Program-made: the position numbers and the translations under genes
Notes under the pieces: generated by a model
Told to the model about the DNA's origin: nothing
Database searches by the model: none
The model's input: only the letters and a program-made list of their open reading frames with translations
Shown: in pieces, positions 51,475 to 62,056 of the stretch
How the letters are laid out: each line of letters opens with the position of its first letter
Position numbering within the stretch: the first letter of the stretch is position 1
Assembly: GCA_963665125.2 (NCBI GenBank)
Contig: CAXXUK010000001.1
Span: 544,001-608,000 of the forward strand
DNA length: 64,000 nt
Reading direction: 5' to 3'
From: an uncultured Desulfarculus sp.
Lineage (GTDB): Bacteria > Desulfobacterota > Desulfarculia > Desulfarculales > Desulfarculaceae

Positions 51475-52221
51475 ATGGCTGAGGAGAAGAAAGTTTCGTT
51501 GGTTACAGGTGGTTCGCGCAATATAGGCCGGGCCATTTGCCTTGCTCTGGGTGAACCGGGTGATGTGGTTGTATTCAACCATTACGACCCGGATGACGAG
51601 GCGGCCGACGAAACCCGGAAACTATTGGAGGGAAAAGGCGTTACAGCCGAATACCGGAAGTTTGACGTGGGTGACCCGGAGGCTGTGAAAGGCTTTTTCG
51701 AATATGTGGTCGAGAAATACGGGCGTCTGGACAATCTGATCAACAATGCCGGGATTATCCGCGACGGCCTGCTTATGCGTATGAGCTTTGACCAATGGGA
51801 TCAGGTGATCCGGGTCAATCTGACCGGCACCTTCCTGTGCATGCAGGCGGCGTCAAAGATCATGAGTAAGCAACGTAGCGGGTCCATCGTCAATATCGCC
51901 AGTATCGTTGGTCAGACCGGCAACCTAGGCCAGGTCAATTATACCGCCACAAAGGCGGGCGTGATGGCCATGGCCAAGACCGCGGCCAAGGAATTGGCCC
52001 GTAGAAATGTCAGAGTGAACGCCGTGGCCCCGGGTTTCATCAAGACGGATATGACAGCCACTCTGCCCGAAAAGGTCGTGCAGATGATGCTGTCGGCCAT
52101 ACCCGCGGGATCCTACGGCATGCCCGAAGATATCGCCGATACGGTAGCCTTTTTGTGCTCGGATAAGGCAAAATACATCACCGGCCAGGTGATACACGTC
52201 AACGGCGGAATGTACTGTTAA
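51475..52221 (+). CDS. fabG: 3-oxoacyl-ACP reductase
   Basis: TGGSRNIG, NNAGIIRD, NYTATK, VAPGFI; upstream of acpP. Confidence 0.94.
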   Translation: MAEEKKVSLVTGGSRNIGRAICLALGEPGDVVVFNHYDPDDEAADETRKLLEGKGVTAEYRKFDVGDPEAVKGFFEYVVEKYGRLDNLINNAGIIRDGLLMRMSFDQWDQVIRVNLTGTFLCMQAASKIMSKQRSGSIVNIASIVGQTGNLGQVNYTATKAGVMAMAKTAAKELARRNVRVNAVAPGFIKTDMTATLPEKVVQMMLSAIPAGSYGMPEDIADTVAFLCSDKAKYITGQVIHVNGGMYC

Positions 52222-52308
52222 TTGAAATCTGGCGTCAAAGAGGCGCTATTTCCGGCCGCGAGGCCGCACGGCTTGTGGTGAGCCTGAATTTTTAGGAGTG
52301 AGACGGCT

Positions 52309-52545
52309 ATGGAAGATATCAAGAAAAAGGTAATCCAGATTATTTGCGAGCAGCTTTCGGTCAGCGAAGAGGACGTCGTACCCGAGGCCTCCTTTGTGGA
52401 CGACCTGGGCGCCGACTCCCTGGATCTGGTTGAGATGATTATGGCCATGGAAGAAGCTTTCGATATTTCCATTGCCGATGAAGATGCTGAAAAAATCAAG
52501 ACCGTCCAGGACGCATTCAGTTATATTGACAAGGCCGCCAAGTAG
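52309..52545 (+). CDS. acpP: Acyl carrier protein
   Basis: [11 protein letters not shown]. Confidence 0.97.
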   Translation: MEDIKKKVIQIICEQLSVSEEDVVPEASFVDDLGADSLDLVEMIMAMEEAFDISIADEDAEKIKTVQDAFSYIDKAAK

Positions 52546-52643
52546 ATATTTGAACTGGCCACCTGCGCCGGAAAGAGGCACCGGGTGCCTCTTTCCGGCG
52601 GCCGCTATGTTTAGCGGTGAAAGATTGACATAAAGGAGTCGCA

Positions 52644-53891
52644 GTGAAGCGCAGGGTGGTTGTCACTGGGGTTGGTTGCGTAACACCCGTAGCCACGGGT
52701 GTGGAAGAGACATGGAGCCGCGTACTTGAAGGTGTCAGCGGCATCGGTCCCATCACGCATTTTGATTCGGAAGGTCTGAAAAGCCAGATCCTTGGTGAAG
52801 TCAATGATTTCAACCCCGAAGATTTTATTGACAAGAAAAAAGTCAAACGCCTGGACCGGTTCATTCACTTTGCCTTGGCTAGCGCAAAGATGTCCTGGGA
52901 TCAGGCCGGGTTTGGCGGGCCACTCAGCGATGAGCAATCTTTCCGTGCCGGTTCGGTCATGGGTGTCGGTCTGGGCGGCATAGCCACCTTGACCGAAAAC
53001 TACGAGGTCGTTAAAAACAAGGGCGCCGACAGGGTCAGTCCATTCTTTATCCCTAGGCTCATCGGCAACATGGCGCCGGGCGCCATTGCCATGGAATACA
53101 ATCTGCGCGGACCAAACCTTTGTGTTTCCACGGCTTGCGCGGCAGGCGCCCACGGCATCGGCGAGTCCATGCGGGCCATCCAATACGGCGGCATGGATAT
53201 CATGGTTGCGGGCGGGGCCGAATCAGTGAGCACCAGAACCACTGTGGCAGGCTTCAACGCGGCCAGGGCCCTGAGTACAAGAAACGACGAGCCCGAAAGA
53301 GCCAGCAGGCCCTTTGACAAAGACCGCGACGGCTTTGTAATGAGCGAAGGCGGCGGTGTGATGGTCATTGAGGAACTGGAACACGCCAAGGCCAGGGGCG
53401 CGACAATTCTGGCCGAGTTGGCGGGATACGGCCTCACCTGCGACGCGTATCATATGACAGCCCCCGACCCGGATGGGGTCGGCACGACCCAGTGCATGCG
53501 CAACGCCCTGCGGGACGCCGGAATGGCCCCGGAGGATATCCAGTACATCAATGCTCACGGCACCAGCACCGGGCTAAACGACGCGGCAGAATCGCTGTCG
53601 ATCCGCAGGGTCTTCGGCAGCCACGCCGATAAACTGGCCGTCAGTTCCACCAAGAGCATGCACGGCCATATGCTCGGGGCCACCGGGGCGGTTGAGGCGG
53701 TATTGACGGTTCTGACCCTCAGAGATCAGATCATGCCGCCGACCATCAACTATGAGACGCAGGATCCGGAATGCGACCTGGATTACGTGCCCAATGTCAA
53801 GCGGGCGGGTCAGATCCAGGCGGCGCTTACCAACTCCTTCGGCTTCGGCGGCACCAACGCTTCATTGGTGCTCAAGCTGTACCAGGATTAG
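52644..53891 (+). CDS. fabF: Beta-ketoacyl-ACP synthase II
   Basis: TACAAG, NAHGTST, KSMHGH, NSFGFGGTN. Confidence 0.96.
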   Translation: MKRRVVVTGVGCVTPVATGVEETWSRVLEGVSGIGPITHFDSEGLKSQILGEVNDFNPEDFIDKKKVKRLDRFIHFALASAKMSWDQAGFGGPLSDEQSFRAGSVMGVGLGGIATLTENYEVVKNKGADRVSPFFIPRLIGNMAPGAIAMEYNLRGPNLCVSTACAAGAHGIGESMRAIQYGGMDIMVAGGAESVSTRTTVAGFNAARALSTRNDEPERASRPFDKDRDGFVMSEGGGVMVIEELEHAKARGATILAELAGYGLTCDAYHMTAPDPDGVGTTQCMRNALRDAGMAPEDIQYINAHGTSTGLNDAAESLSIRRVFGSHADKLAVSSTKSMHGHMLGATGAVEAVLTVLTLRDQIMPPTINYETQDPECDLDYVPNVKRAGQIQAALTNSFGFGGTNASLVLKLYQD

Positions 53892-53904
53892 GAAGGCCTT
53901 GGTC

Positions 53905-54348
53905 ATGAAGATTGTCATGGGCTGCGACCACGCAGGACTAAATCTAAAGCAGGAAATAAAAAAGCACCTCGCCGGCCAGGGCCACGAGATAGACGACAAG
54001 GGCGTGCACACGCCTGATTCCACCGACTATCCGGACTGGGCGGCCCAGGTGGCCAAGGCCGTGGCGGCCGGGGAGGCCGATTTCGGCATCCTGGTCTGCG
54101 GTAGCGGCATCGGCATGTCGATCACGGCAAACCGGTTCAAGGGCGTGCGCGCCGTATTGGCTCCGACAAGTGAGCACGCCAAGCTTGGCCGCCAGCACAA
54201 CAACGGCAACGTTTTGTGCCTGGGTGAGCGTCTGACGCCCCTGGACGAGGCCTTGATCATCACCGATACTTTCCTGACCACCGAATTCGAGGGCGGGCGC
54301 CACGAGCGCCGGGTCCAAAAGATAGACACTTTGGCGGAGCAAGGATAG
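53905..54348 (+). CDS. rpiB: Ribose-5-phosphate isomerase B
   Basis: CDHAG, DYPD, CGSGIGM, HNNGN, FEGGRH. Confidence 0.95.
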   Translation: MKIVMGCDHAGLNLKQEIKKHLAGQGHEIDDKGVHTPDSTDYPDWAAQVAKAVAAGEADFGILVCGSGIGMSITANRFKGVRAVLAPTSEHAKLGRQHNNGNVLCLGERLTPLDEALIITDTFLTTEFEGGRHERRVQKIDTLAEQG

Positions 54349-54866
54349 TGACCCAAAGGCCGGGCAAGGACGAATATTACCTCAATATAGCCAGGGAGGT
54401 GGCTAGGCGGGGTACTTGCCTGCGCAGACAATACGGAGCGGTCATTGTCAAGGACGACCAGATAGTATCGACGGGGTATGCCGGATCGCCCAGGGGTGTT
54501 GCCAACTGCGTTGATCTGGGCAAGTGCCTGCGCGAGGAACTGGCCATCCCCTCCGGCCAACGCTATGAGCTTTGCCGCTCGGTGCACGCCGAGATGAATG
54601 CGGTGATCCACGCATCCCGGGCCCAGACCCTGGGGGGCAAGCTCTATCTGGCCGGAATTGAAGTCGCCACCGGTGAGCCCACCGAGAGGCCCGAACCCTG
54701 TCTGCTTTGCCGCAGAGTCATCATCAATGCCGGAATCAGCCTGGTAATTACGCAGCCAAAAGGGCAAGCGATCTTGCACACCGACCCTCAAATATGGATA
54801 GATGAGGAGAACAAGGCTGCCGAGGCCGGCAAGCCCGGTCCGGGCGCGATGGTGACACAGTTGTAA
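54348..54866 (+). CDS. dCMP deaminase/ComEB-like protein
   Basis: TCLRR, VHAEMNA, PCLLC. Confidence 0.9.
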   Translation: MTQRPGKDEYYLNIAREVARRGTCLRRQYGAVIVKDDQIVSTGYAGSPRGVANCVDLGKCLREELAIPSGQRYELCRSVHAEMNAVIHASRAQTLGGKLYLAGIEVATGEPTERPEPCLLCRRVIINAGISLVITQPKGQAILHTDPQIWIDEENKAAEAGKPGPGAMVTQL

Positions 54867-54885
54867 TCCAGCGGGAGAAGAAGCG

Positions 54886-55359
54886 GTGCGTTGCCCATTT
54901 TGCGGTTATGTGGAAAACAAGGTAGTTGATTCGCGGGTAAGCAAGGACGCCTCCGTGATCAGGCGCCGTCGTCAGTGCCTTGAGTGCGACAAGCGTTTCA
55001 CAACGTATGAAAGGCTTGAGGAACTGGTCACCTATGTGATCAAAAAAGATGGTTCCCGGGAGGTCTACGACCGCAACAAGCTGATGAAAGGCCTGATGAT
55101 CGCCCTGAACAAGCGCCCCGGCATTCGGGCCGATCAAGTGGAAGAGTTTTTGGACAAATTGGAAAACAGTTTTCAGGAGCGCAACGTCCGCGAGGTCCCC
55201 ACAACCGAACTCGGCGAGGCGGTCATGAACAAGCTCCAGGAATGGGACGATGTCGCATATATCCGCTTCGCCAGTGTTTACAAAGACTTCAATAGCCTGG
55301 CGGAGTTCAAGCGTGAACTTGAACGAATCCTGGAATACCGCAAGAACAATAACGCGTAA
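54886..55359 (+). CDS. nrdR: Transcriptional repressor NrdR
   Basis: CPFC, VVDSR, RRRRQC..C, RFTTYE, AYIRFASVY. Confidence 0.97.
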   Translation: MRCPFCGYVENKVVDSRVSKDASVIRRRRQCLECDKRFTTYERLEELVTYVIKKDGSREVYDRNKLMKGLMIALNKRPGIRADQVEEFLDKLENSFQERNVREVPTTELGEAVMNKLQEWDDVAYIRFASVYKDFNSLAEFKRELERILEYRKNNNA

Positions 55360-55365
55360 GTAGCC

Positions 55366-56487
55366 ATGTCTTCCTTCCGGCCCCCCGAGCCCCAAGACGA
55401 ACATTTCATGCGCAGGGCCTTGGCCTTGACCAGGCGCGGCCTGGGCGCCAGCTCGCCCAACCCGGCCGTCGGCGCCGTTGTGGTCCGTGACGGCCTGATC
55501 GTCGGCAAGGGCTGGCACATGAAAAAAGGCCAGCCCCACGCCGAGCCCCTGGCTCTTGCCGATGCCGGCGATGCCGCGCAAGGCGCCACAATTTATGTGA
55601 CCCTGGAACCGTGCAATCACCAGGGCAGCACGCCTCCATGCACCCGGGCTATTCTTGCGGCAGGCATCGGCAGGGTGGTCTACGGCGCCTCGGACCCCAA
55701 CCCCACCGTGGCCGGGGGCGGCGGCGAGTTTCTGGCCCAAAACGGCCTAGGCGTCACGCCGGGGGTGCTGGCCGCCCAATGCGAGCATGAACACCGCTTT
55801 TTCCTGACCCACATCACCAAGGGACGCCCCCACGTAATCCTCAAGACCGCCGCCACCATGGACGGTAAGACCGCCACCCGCATCGGCGACAGCCGCTGGA
55901 TCACAGGGCCAAACGCCAGGCGCTATGTGCACCGGCTGCGTCACTGGTGCGACAGCATCTGCGTGGGCGTGGGCACGGTTATGGCCGACGATCCCCAGCT
56001 CACCTGCCGCCTGCCCGGCGGCCGCGATCCCCTGCGGGTCATCGTGGACAAGCACCTGAGGATGAAAAAAAACGCCAAGGTCTTTGATCCGCAAGCAGGC
56101 GGCGGCTGCCTGGTGGCCTGCGGCCACAGCGCCCCGGAAGATGATGTCCGGGCCCTGCGCGATATCGGCGCGGAAGTGGTGCGTCTGGACGACAATTCAT
56201 CCGGGGGAGTGGATATAACGGCTTTGCTCCGCCACCTCGGGGCCAAGGGCGTCACCAGCATGCTTTTGGAGGGCGGCTCGACCCTGGCCTGGAGCTTCAT
56301 GGAGCACGGCCTGGTGGACGAGGTGATGTACTTCTTCGCACCCAAGATCTGCGGCGGCGTGGATGCCGCGCCCATGCTGGGCGGCGGCGGCGTGGAGCTG
56401 ATGGCCCAGGCCATTGCGTTGGACGGGCTGACCATCCGCCGTTATAATCCAGATGTCTTGCTTTGGGGCTGCGTAAAGCGCGGTTGA
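55366..56487 (+). CDS. ribD: Bifunctional riboflavin deaminase/reductase
   Basis: PNPAVG, HAE, TLEPCNH...TPPC, SRWIT, EGGSTL. Confidence 0.96.
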   Translation: MSSFRPPEPQDEHFMRRALALTRRGLGASSPNPAVGAVVVRDGLIVGKGWHMKKGQPHAEPLALADAGDAAQGATIYVTLEPCNHQGSTPPCTRAILAAGIGRVVYGASDPNPTVAGGGGEFLAQNGLGVTPGVLAAQCEHEHRFFLTHITKGRPHVILKTAATMDGKTATRIGDSRWITGPNARRYVHRLRHWCDSICVGVGTVMADDPQLTCRLPGGRDPLRVIVDKHLRMKKNAKVFDPQAGGGCLVACGHSAPEDDVRALRDIGAEVVRLDDNSSGGVDITALLRHLGAKGVTSMLLEGGSTLAWSFMEHGLVDEVMYFFAPKICGGVDAAPMLGGGGVELMAQAIALDGLTIRRYNPDVLLWGCVKRG

Positions 56488-56543
56488 TGTTCGTATTCTT
56501 TTTTCGCCGGATTCCACGGCGGAATTAAGGGACAGGCCAGCAG

Positions 56544-57197
56544 ATGTTTACCGGACTAGTAGAAGGCGTGGGCCAGATCAGCCGGATTACCCCCAAGGGC
56601 CCGGATGCCGTGTTGGTCATCAAACCGACCTGGAGCATGGATCAAGTCGTGATGGGCGAGTCCGTGGCCGTCAACGGGGCCTGCCTCACCGTCACCGGCA
56701 TCGGCGGCGGCGGTTTCAGTTTGGACGTCTCGGCCGAGACCCTGTCCCGGACCAAGGTCGGCAAGCTGCGCCAGGGCGATCCGGTGAACCTGGAGCGGGC
56801 CATGCAACTGGGCGACAGGCTGGGCGGCCACCTGGTGACAGGCCATGTGGATTGCCTGGGCAAGGTTGTCAGCATTGCCCGGCACGGCGATTCCGTGCGC
56901 CTGGAGATTTCCATTCCGCCGGAGCACCTGCGCTATGTGGTGGAAAAGGGCTCGGTGACCGTCGACGGCGTAAGCCTGACCGTCAATCAGCTCTGGCCGG
57001 ACCGCTTTGGACTCAACATCATCCCCCATACCTGGCAGGAGACCACCCTCCATCTTGTAACGGAAGGCGATTCTGTTAATATTGAGACCGACCTCATAGG
57101 CAAGTACGTGGCCCGGCTCCTGAATCGCGGTGAGAACGACCAGGGGCAAAAGGAAAAAGGCCTAACGGCCGAGGACCTCTTAAGGGCCGGTTTCTGA
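56544..57197 (+). CDS. ribE: Riboflavin synthase (alpha chain)
   Basis: MFTGLVE, SVAVNGACLT, GGHLVTGHVD, DGVSLT. Confidence 0.96.
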   Translation: MFTGLVEGVGQISRITPKGPDAVLVIKPTWSMDQVVMGESVAVNGACLTVTGIGGGGFSLDVSAETLSRTKVGKLRQGDPVNLERAMQLGDRLGGHLVTGHVDCLGKVVSIARHGDSVRLEISIPPEHLRYVVEKGSVTVDGVSLTVNQLWPDRFGLNIIPHTWQETTLHLVTEGDSVNIETDLIGKYVARLLNRGENDQGQKEKGLTAEDLLRAGF

Positions 57198-57204
57198 ACA
57201 AGGC

Positions 57205-57711
57205 TTGGTTGGCGTGGCGGCTTCCCTTACATGGTCCGGATATTTTCCCGGCCTGATAGGCCAGCTTACCGAACTGCACGGCAGTTACTACAACCGCTTC
57301 TGGGGCTTTGACGTGTCCTTCGAGGCCCAGGTGGCCACGGAGTTCGCCGCGTTTGCCGGCAGGGTGCGCCGGGGTAGGGACTTGCTGCTGGCTGCCGGCG
57401 ACGACCGGGGCCTGGCCGGTTTCGTTGCCTTGGACGGAGATGCCGGGGAGCCTGGCGCCAGGCTGCGCTGGTTCATAGTGAGGCCCGACATGCAGGGCAG
57501 CGGCCTGGGGCGTGAACTGTTGGAACGGGCCATGGCCTTTGCCGGAGAAAATAATTATAACAGGGTGTACCTTTACACCTTCAGAGGCCTGGACGCCGCC
57601 CGTTCCCTTTACGAGCGCGCCGGGTTCCGGCTGGCCCACGAGGAGGCCCTGGACACCTGGGGCACCCACATAGTTGAGCAGATGTTCGAGACCCGGCCGC
57701 CCGCGGATTGA
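57205..57711 (+). CDS. GNAT family acetyltransferase
   Basis: [27 protein letters not shown]; start uncertain. Confidence 0.85.
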   Translation: MVGVAASLTWSGYFPGLIGQLTELHGSYYNRFWGFDVSFEAQVATEFAAFAGRVRRGRDLLLAAGDDRGLAGFVALDGDAGEPGARLRWFIVRPDMQGSGLGRELLERAMAFAGENNYNRVYLYTFRGLDAARSLYERAGFRLAHEEALDTWGTHIVEQMFETRPPAD

Positions 57712-57752
57712 GCCGCGGCGGAGCGGGCCCGTAATAATAAAAGGAGCAAGCC

Positions 57753-58967
57753 ATGCCTGTGGCCAGGATTGAAGAGGCCATTGAGGACATCAAACAGGGA
57801 AAGATGGTCATCCTGGTCGATGATGAAGACCGGGAGAACGAGGGCGATCTGACCATGGCCGCCGAGATGATCACTCCGGAGGCCATCAACTTCATGGCCA
57901 CCTACGGCCGGGGTCTGATCTGCCTGAGCCTGACCCCTGATATTGTTAATCAGCTGGGCCTCAAACTGATGGTCCGCGATAACGAGTCGCCTTTTGAAAC
58001 AGCATTCACCGTGAGTATCGAGGCCCGCGCCGGCGTAACCACCGGCATCTCCGCGGCCGACCGCGCCCGGACCATCCAGGCGGCGGTGCACCCCGAAGCC
58101 ACGGCCAAGGACATTGTCAGCCCCGGCCATATCTTCCCCCTGCGGGCCCGGCGGGGCGGCGTTTTGGTGCGCACCGGTCAGACCGAGGGCTCGGTGGACC
58201 TGGCCCGTTTGGCGGGCCTGCGCCCGTCGGGCGTGATCTGCGAGATCATGAACGATGACGGCACCATGTCGCGCATGCCAGACCTGGAGAAGTTCGCCGC
58301 AAAACACGACATGAAGATCGTCACCATTGCCGATCTTATCTCCTACCGCATGCGCAACGAGTCGTTCGTCAAGCGCGAGGCCGACGTAAACCTGCCCACG
58401 ATCTTTGGCGATTTTCGGGCCGTGGGCTACAGCAACACGGTTGAAGAAGGCGAGCACGTGGCCCTGGTCAAGGGCGAGATAGACCCTGAAGAGCCAGTTC
58501 TGGTCCGGGTGCACTCCGAATGCCTCACCGGCGACGTGTTCCACTCCCGCCGCTGCGACTGCGGGGACCAGCTTGGACAAGCCCTTAGCCAGATCGAAAG
58601 GGAAGGCAACGGCATCCTGCTGTACATGCGCCAGGAAGGACGGGGCATCGGCCTGCTCAATAAGCTAAAGGCCTATCAACTCCAGGACGAGGGCTATGAC
58701 ACCGTGGAGGCCAACGAGGCCCTGGGCTTCCCGGCCGACATGCGCGACTACGGCATAGGCGCCCAGATTCTGGCCGATCTTGGGGTGCGCAAGATGAGGT
58801 TGATGACCAACAACCCCAAAAAGATGGTCGGCTTGGAAGGCTACGGCCTCTCGGTGGTGGAGCGGGTTCCCCTGGAAATACCAGCCTGCCCGGAAAATGA
58901 GCGCTACCTGCGCACCAAATGCGCGAAGATGGGTCATCTTCTGCACATGGCGGAAAATTTGGATTAG
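57753..58967 (+). CDS. ribBA: DHBP synthase / GTP cyclohydrolase II
   Basis: [35 protein letters not shown]. Confidence 0.97.
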   Translation: MPVARIEEAIEDIKQGKMVILVDDEDRENEGDLTMAAEMITPEAINFMATYGRGLICLSLTPDIVNQLGLKLMVRDNESPFETAFTVSIEARAGVTTGISAADRARTIQAAVHPEATAKDIVSPGHIFPLRARRGGVLVRTGQTEGSVDLARLAGLRPSGVICEIMNDDGTMSRMPDLEKFAAKHDMKIVTIADLISYRMRNESFVKREADVNLPTIFGDFRAVGYSNTVEEGEHVALVKGEIDPEEPVLVRVHSECLTGDVFHSRRCDCGDQLGQALSQIEREGNGILLYMRQEGRGIGLLNKLKAYQLQDEGYDTVEANEALGFPADMRDYGIGAQILADLGVRKMRLMTNNPKKMVGLEGYGLSVVERVPLEIPACPENERYLRTKCAKMGHLLHMAENLD

Positions 58968-58984
58968 GGTAAAGGAGAATTCCC

Positions 58985-59449
58985 ATGGCCAAGGTTCTGG
59001 AAGGCGTACTCAAAGCGGACGGGATGCGCATCGGCATTATCGTGGGCCGCTTCAATGAACTTATCGGCTCCAAGCTGCTGGAAGGCGCTCTGGACTGCCT
59101 GCGCCGTCACGGCTGCGCCGAAGACGACATCACCGTGGCCTGGGTGCCCGGTTCCTTTGAGGTCCCCCTGGCCGCCAGCAAGATGGCCTCCTCGGGCAAA
59201 TACGACGCCATTTTGGCCTTGGGCGCGGTCATCCGCGGCGCCACTCCCCATTTTGACTACGTGGCCGCCGAGGTCAGCAAGGGCGTTGCCCATGTGGCCC
59301 TGGAGACCGGCGTGCCGGTCATTTTCGGCGTATTGACCACCGACACCATTGAGCAGGCCATCGAACGCGCCGGCACCAAGGCGGGCAACAAGGGCGCCGA
59401 TTGCGCCTTGGCCGCCATCGAGATGGTGGACCTGCTGGGGAAATTCTAA
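58985..59449 (+). CDS. ribH: Lumazine synthase
   Basis: [27 protein letters not shown]. Confidence 0.97.
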   Translation: MAKVLEGVLKADGMRIGIIVGRFNELIGSKLLEGALDCLRRHGCAEDDITVAWVPGSFEVPLAASKMASSGKYDAILALGAVIRGATPHFDYVAAEVSKGVAHVALETGVPVIFGVLTTDTIEQAIERAGTKAGNKGADCALAAIEMVDLLGKF

Positions 59450-59455
59450 CCAGCC

Positions 59456-59866
59456 GTGGGCCAACGCAGTCAGAGCCGCGAACTGGCGCTTAAGGTCCTC
59501 TACCAGATGGAGCACGGTGAGCGTGACGCCGAAGAGGCTCTCAAGGTTTTCCAGGAAAACTTTGACGCGCCCGAACGGCTTTTCGTCTATACCGATGAAC
59601 TGGTCAGGGGGATCACGGACAAGCGCCGCACCATCGACGAAAAGCTCAACCAGGTAAGCCGCAAGTGGCGTGTGGAGCGCATGCCCCGCATTGACCGCAG
59701 CATCCTGCGCCTGGCCTGTTACGAGATGTATTTCGCCAAAACCCCGCTGCCCCCAAAGGCCGCCATCACCGAGGCCATTGAATTGGCCAAACGCTATGGC
59801 GAGGATGAATCCCCGGCCTTTGTCAACGCCGTGTTGGATTCGCTGATCAAACAGGGCGACGGCTAA
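59456..59866 (+). CDS. nusB: Transcription antitermination factor NusB
   Basis: RELALKVLY, DRSILRL, EAIELAKRYG, FVNAVLD. Confidence 0.95.
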   Translation: MGQRSQSRELALKVLYQMEHGERDAEEALKVFQENFDAPERLFVYTDELVRGITDKRRTIDEKLNQVSRKWRVERMPRIDRSILRLACYEMYFAKTPLPPKAAITEAIELAKRYGEDESPAFVNAVLDSLIKQGDG

Positions 59867-59884
59867 CCAATTGGGCGGGGCAAG

Positions 59885-60529
59885 ATGAGCGCTTCCAGCA
59901 CCTTTCTGAATCTGCCCCCGGAAAAACAGCACCGCATTCTGGACGGGGCCTTGAGCGAGTTTGCCGAAAACGGCTACGCCAAGGCCTCTCTCAATACCCT
60001 GGTGGCCAAACTGGGCATATCCAAGGGCTCGATCTTTCAGTATTTCGGCGATAAGGCCGGGCTGTTTGACGGCGTGTTCGGCCATGCCGTGGAGATGGTC
60101 AAGGACCAGCTGCGCGGCGTGCGTAGCGACAGCGCGGGCCAGGATATCTTCACCCGACTGGAGCAGAGCCTGATCGCCGGTCTGCTGCTGATCCAGGCCC
60201 AGCCGCGCCTGTTCCAGCTGTATCTGCGGATCATGTTCGAAGAGGGCGTGCCCCACCGCTCCGAGCTTCTTTCGGCCGTGCGTTTTTTCTCCAGGGATTA
60301 CATCTTGGATTTGTTGGCCGACGGCATTGCCGCTGGGGAGGTCCGCCCCGGCCTGGATCTCGAGGCCGCGGCTTTTGTCCTGGATGCCGCCCTGGAGCGC
60401 TTTTTGGTCGCCTTCAGCCAACAGCACATGGACACCGGCCTGGACCTGCACAACGCCGACATTGACCGGTCCGCCAAATCGGCGGCCGCGGTGGTGGATG
60501 TGCTGCGCCGGGGCCTGGAGAAGGCCTGA
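59885..60529 (+). CDS. TetR/AcrR family regulator
   Basis: TFLNLPPEKQ, GISKGSIFQYF. Confidence 0.9.
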   Translation: MSASSTFLNLPPEKQHRILDGALSEFAENGYAKASLNTLVAKLGISKGSIFQYFGDKAGLFDGVFGHAVEMVKDQLRGVRSDSAGQDIFTRLEQSLIAGLLLIQAQPRLFQLYLRIMFEEGVPHRSELLSAVRFFSRDYILDLLADGIAAGEVRPGLDLEAAAFVLDAALERFLVAFSQQHMDTGLDLHNADIDRSAKSAAAVVDVLRRGLEKA

Positions 60530-61215
60530 TGCTGATTCTGACCGTGGCCATGCCCCAGGAGGCCCAACTGCTGACAGCGGCCTTGGAGCCGGTCCGGGAC
60601 ATCGGGCGGCGCAAGGTTTACGGGGGGCAATTGTTTTGCGGAGAAGTCCTGCTGGTGCTCACCGGCATGGGCATGGTCAACGCGGCCCAGGCCGCCACGG
60701 CTGTCTTGGAGGCCACGCTCGGGGCAACGGGAATAATCAACCTGGGCTGCGCCGGGGCCTACCGGTCATCGGGTTTGGCCGTGGGCCAGACGGCAATAGC
60801 TGACAAGGTTATTCACGCAGACATGGGCGTGCAGACCGCCCGCCGCCTGCACGGTTTACACAAGATTGGCATCCCCCTTGCCGCATCGTTCGGAGGGGAG
60901 GACATCTATAACGAGATGACCTGCGACCCCATCCTGAGCCGCCGCCTCGGGAATGCCGCGCCCCTGGCCGCCACCGGGTCCTTTGCCACGGTGGGCAGGG
61001 TCAGCGGAGACCCGGCCACCGCCGAGGCCCTGGCTGACCGCTGGCCGGTGATCATCGAGGAAATGGAGGCTGCCGCCGTGGCCCAGGTGGCGGCGCACTA
61101 TGATGTGCCCTTTGCCGCCGTGCGAGGCGTCAGCAACATCGCCGGAGACCGCGGCCTGGATGTGGCCGCCGGGGCCGAGGCCGCCCAAAGGGTGGTCATG
61201 GCCATGGGAGCCTAA
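60529..61215 (+). CDS. mqnB: Futalosine hydrolase
   Basis: Nucleosidase fold (TGMGMVNAA, GCAGAY, EMEAAA, RGVSN) adjacent to mqnD. Confidence 0.8.
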   Translation: MLILTVAMPQEAQLLTAALEPVRDIGRRKVYGGQLFCGEVLLVLTGMGMVNAAQAATAVLEATLGATGIINLGCAGAYRSSGLAVGQTAIADKVIHADMGVQTARRLHGLHKIGIPLAASFGGEDIYNEMTCDPILSRRLGNAAPLAATGSFATVGRVSGDPATAEALADRWPVIIEEMEAAAVAQVAAHYDVPFAAVRGVSNIAGDRGLDVAAGAEAAQRVVMAMGA

Positions 61216-61216
61216 A

Positions 61217-62056
61217 TTGTCTGACCGGGAAATCACCTTCGGCTATTCGCCGTGCCCCAACGACACATTCGCCTTTCACGCCCTTACCAACGGATTGGTG
61301 GAAATCCCCGGCATCAAGATAGAGGCCCATTTGGCCGACGTGGAGCGGCTCAACAACATGGCCATGCACGGCGAATTACCCCTGACCAAGCTGAGCTTTC
61401 ACGCCCTGGGGCACGTGCTGGACGACTACGCCCTGCTGCGTAGCGGCGCGGCCCTTGGCCGGGGCTGCGGGCCGCTGATCGTGGCGCGTCCGGGCTTTGA
61501 CCCGGCAAGGCTGGGGCAAACCAAGGTGGCCGTACCGGGCCATCTGACCACCGCCCATCTGCTATTGAGCCTCTACCTGGGCAAAAAGCCGGACGTGGAG
61601 CCCATGGAGTTCAGCACGGTCATGCCCGCCGTGGCCCAGGGGCGCTTCGATGCCGGGCTGATCATCCACGAGGGCCGTTTTACCTATGGCCTGCACAATC
61701 TGGAAAAGGTGGCTGACCTGGGCCAGTGGTGGGAACAAACCACGGGCAGGCCCATCCCCCTGGGCTGCATCGCCGCCCGCCGGGATTTGGGCGCGGAACT
61801 GATCGCCCGGATTGAGGATGCCCTGGCCGCCAGCGTGCGCAAGGCCTGGGCCGACCCCGAGGCCAGCCGGGAATACGTCTTGGCCAATGCCCAGGAAATG
61901 GACCAAGAGGTCGTCGACCAACACATCGCCCTGTATGTAAACGATTTTACGGAGGACTTGGGCGCGGAAGGCCTGGAAGCCGTGGAAGAAGTGTTGGCCA
62001 GGGGCCGGGAAAGCGGCTTGTTGCCGCCGTCCGACCAGCCCCTGCTGATGACCTAA
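61217..62056 (+). CDS. mqnD: 1,4-dihydroxy-6-naphthoate synthase
   Basis: YSPCPNDTF, ADVERLN, GCGP, IIHEGRFTY, IPLG, HIALYVN; TTG start inferred. Confidence 0.93.
   Translation: MSDREITFGYSPCPNDTFAFHALTNGLVEIPGIKIEAHLADVERLNNMAMHGELPLTKLSFHALGHVLDDYALLRSGAALGRGCGPLIVARPGFDPARLGQTKVAVPGHLTTAHLLLSLYLGKKPDVEPMEFSTVMPAVAQGRFDAGLIIHEGRFTYGLHNLEKVADLGQWWEQTTGRPIPLGCIAARRDLGAELIARIEDALAASVRKAWADPEASREYVLANAQEMDQEVVDQHIALYVNDFTEDLGAEGLEAVEEVLARGRESGLLPPSDQPLLMT

Noticed and set aside
56488..57752. FMN riboswitch near the rib genes
   Set aside because: Intergenic gaps are too short and no RFN motif is visible.
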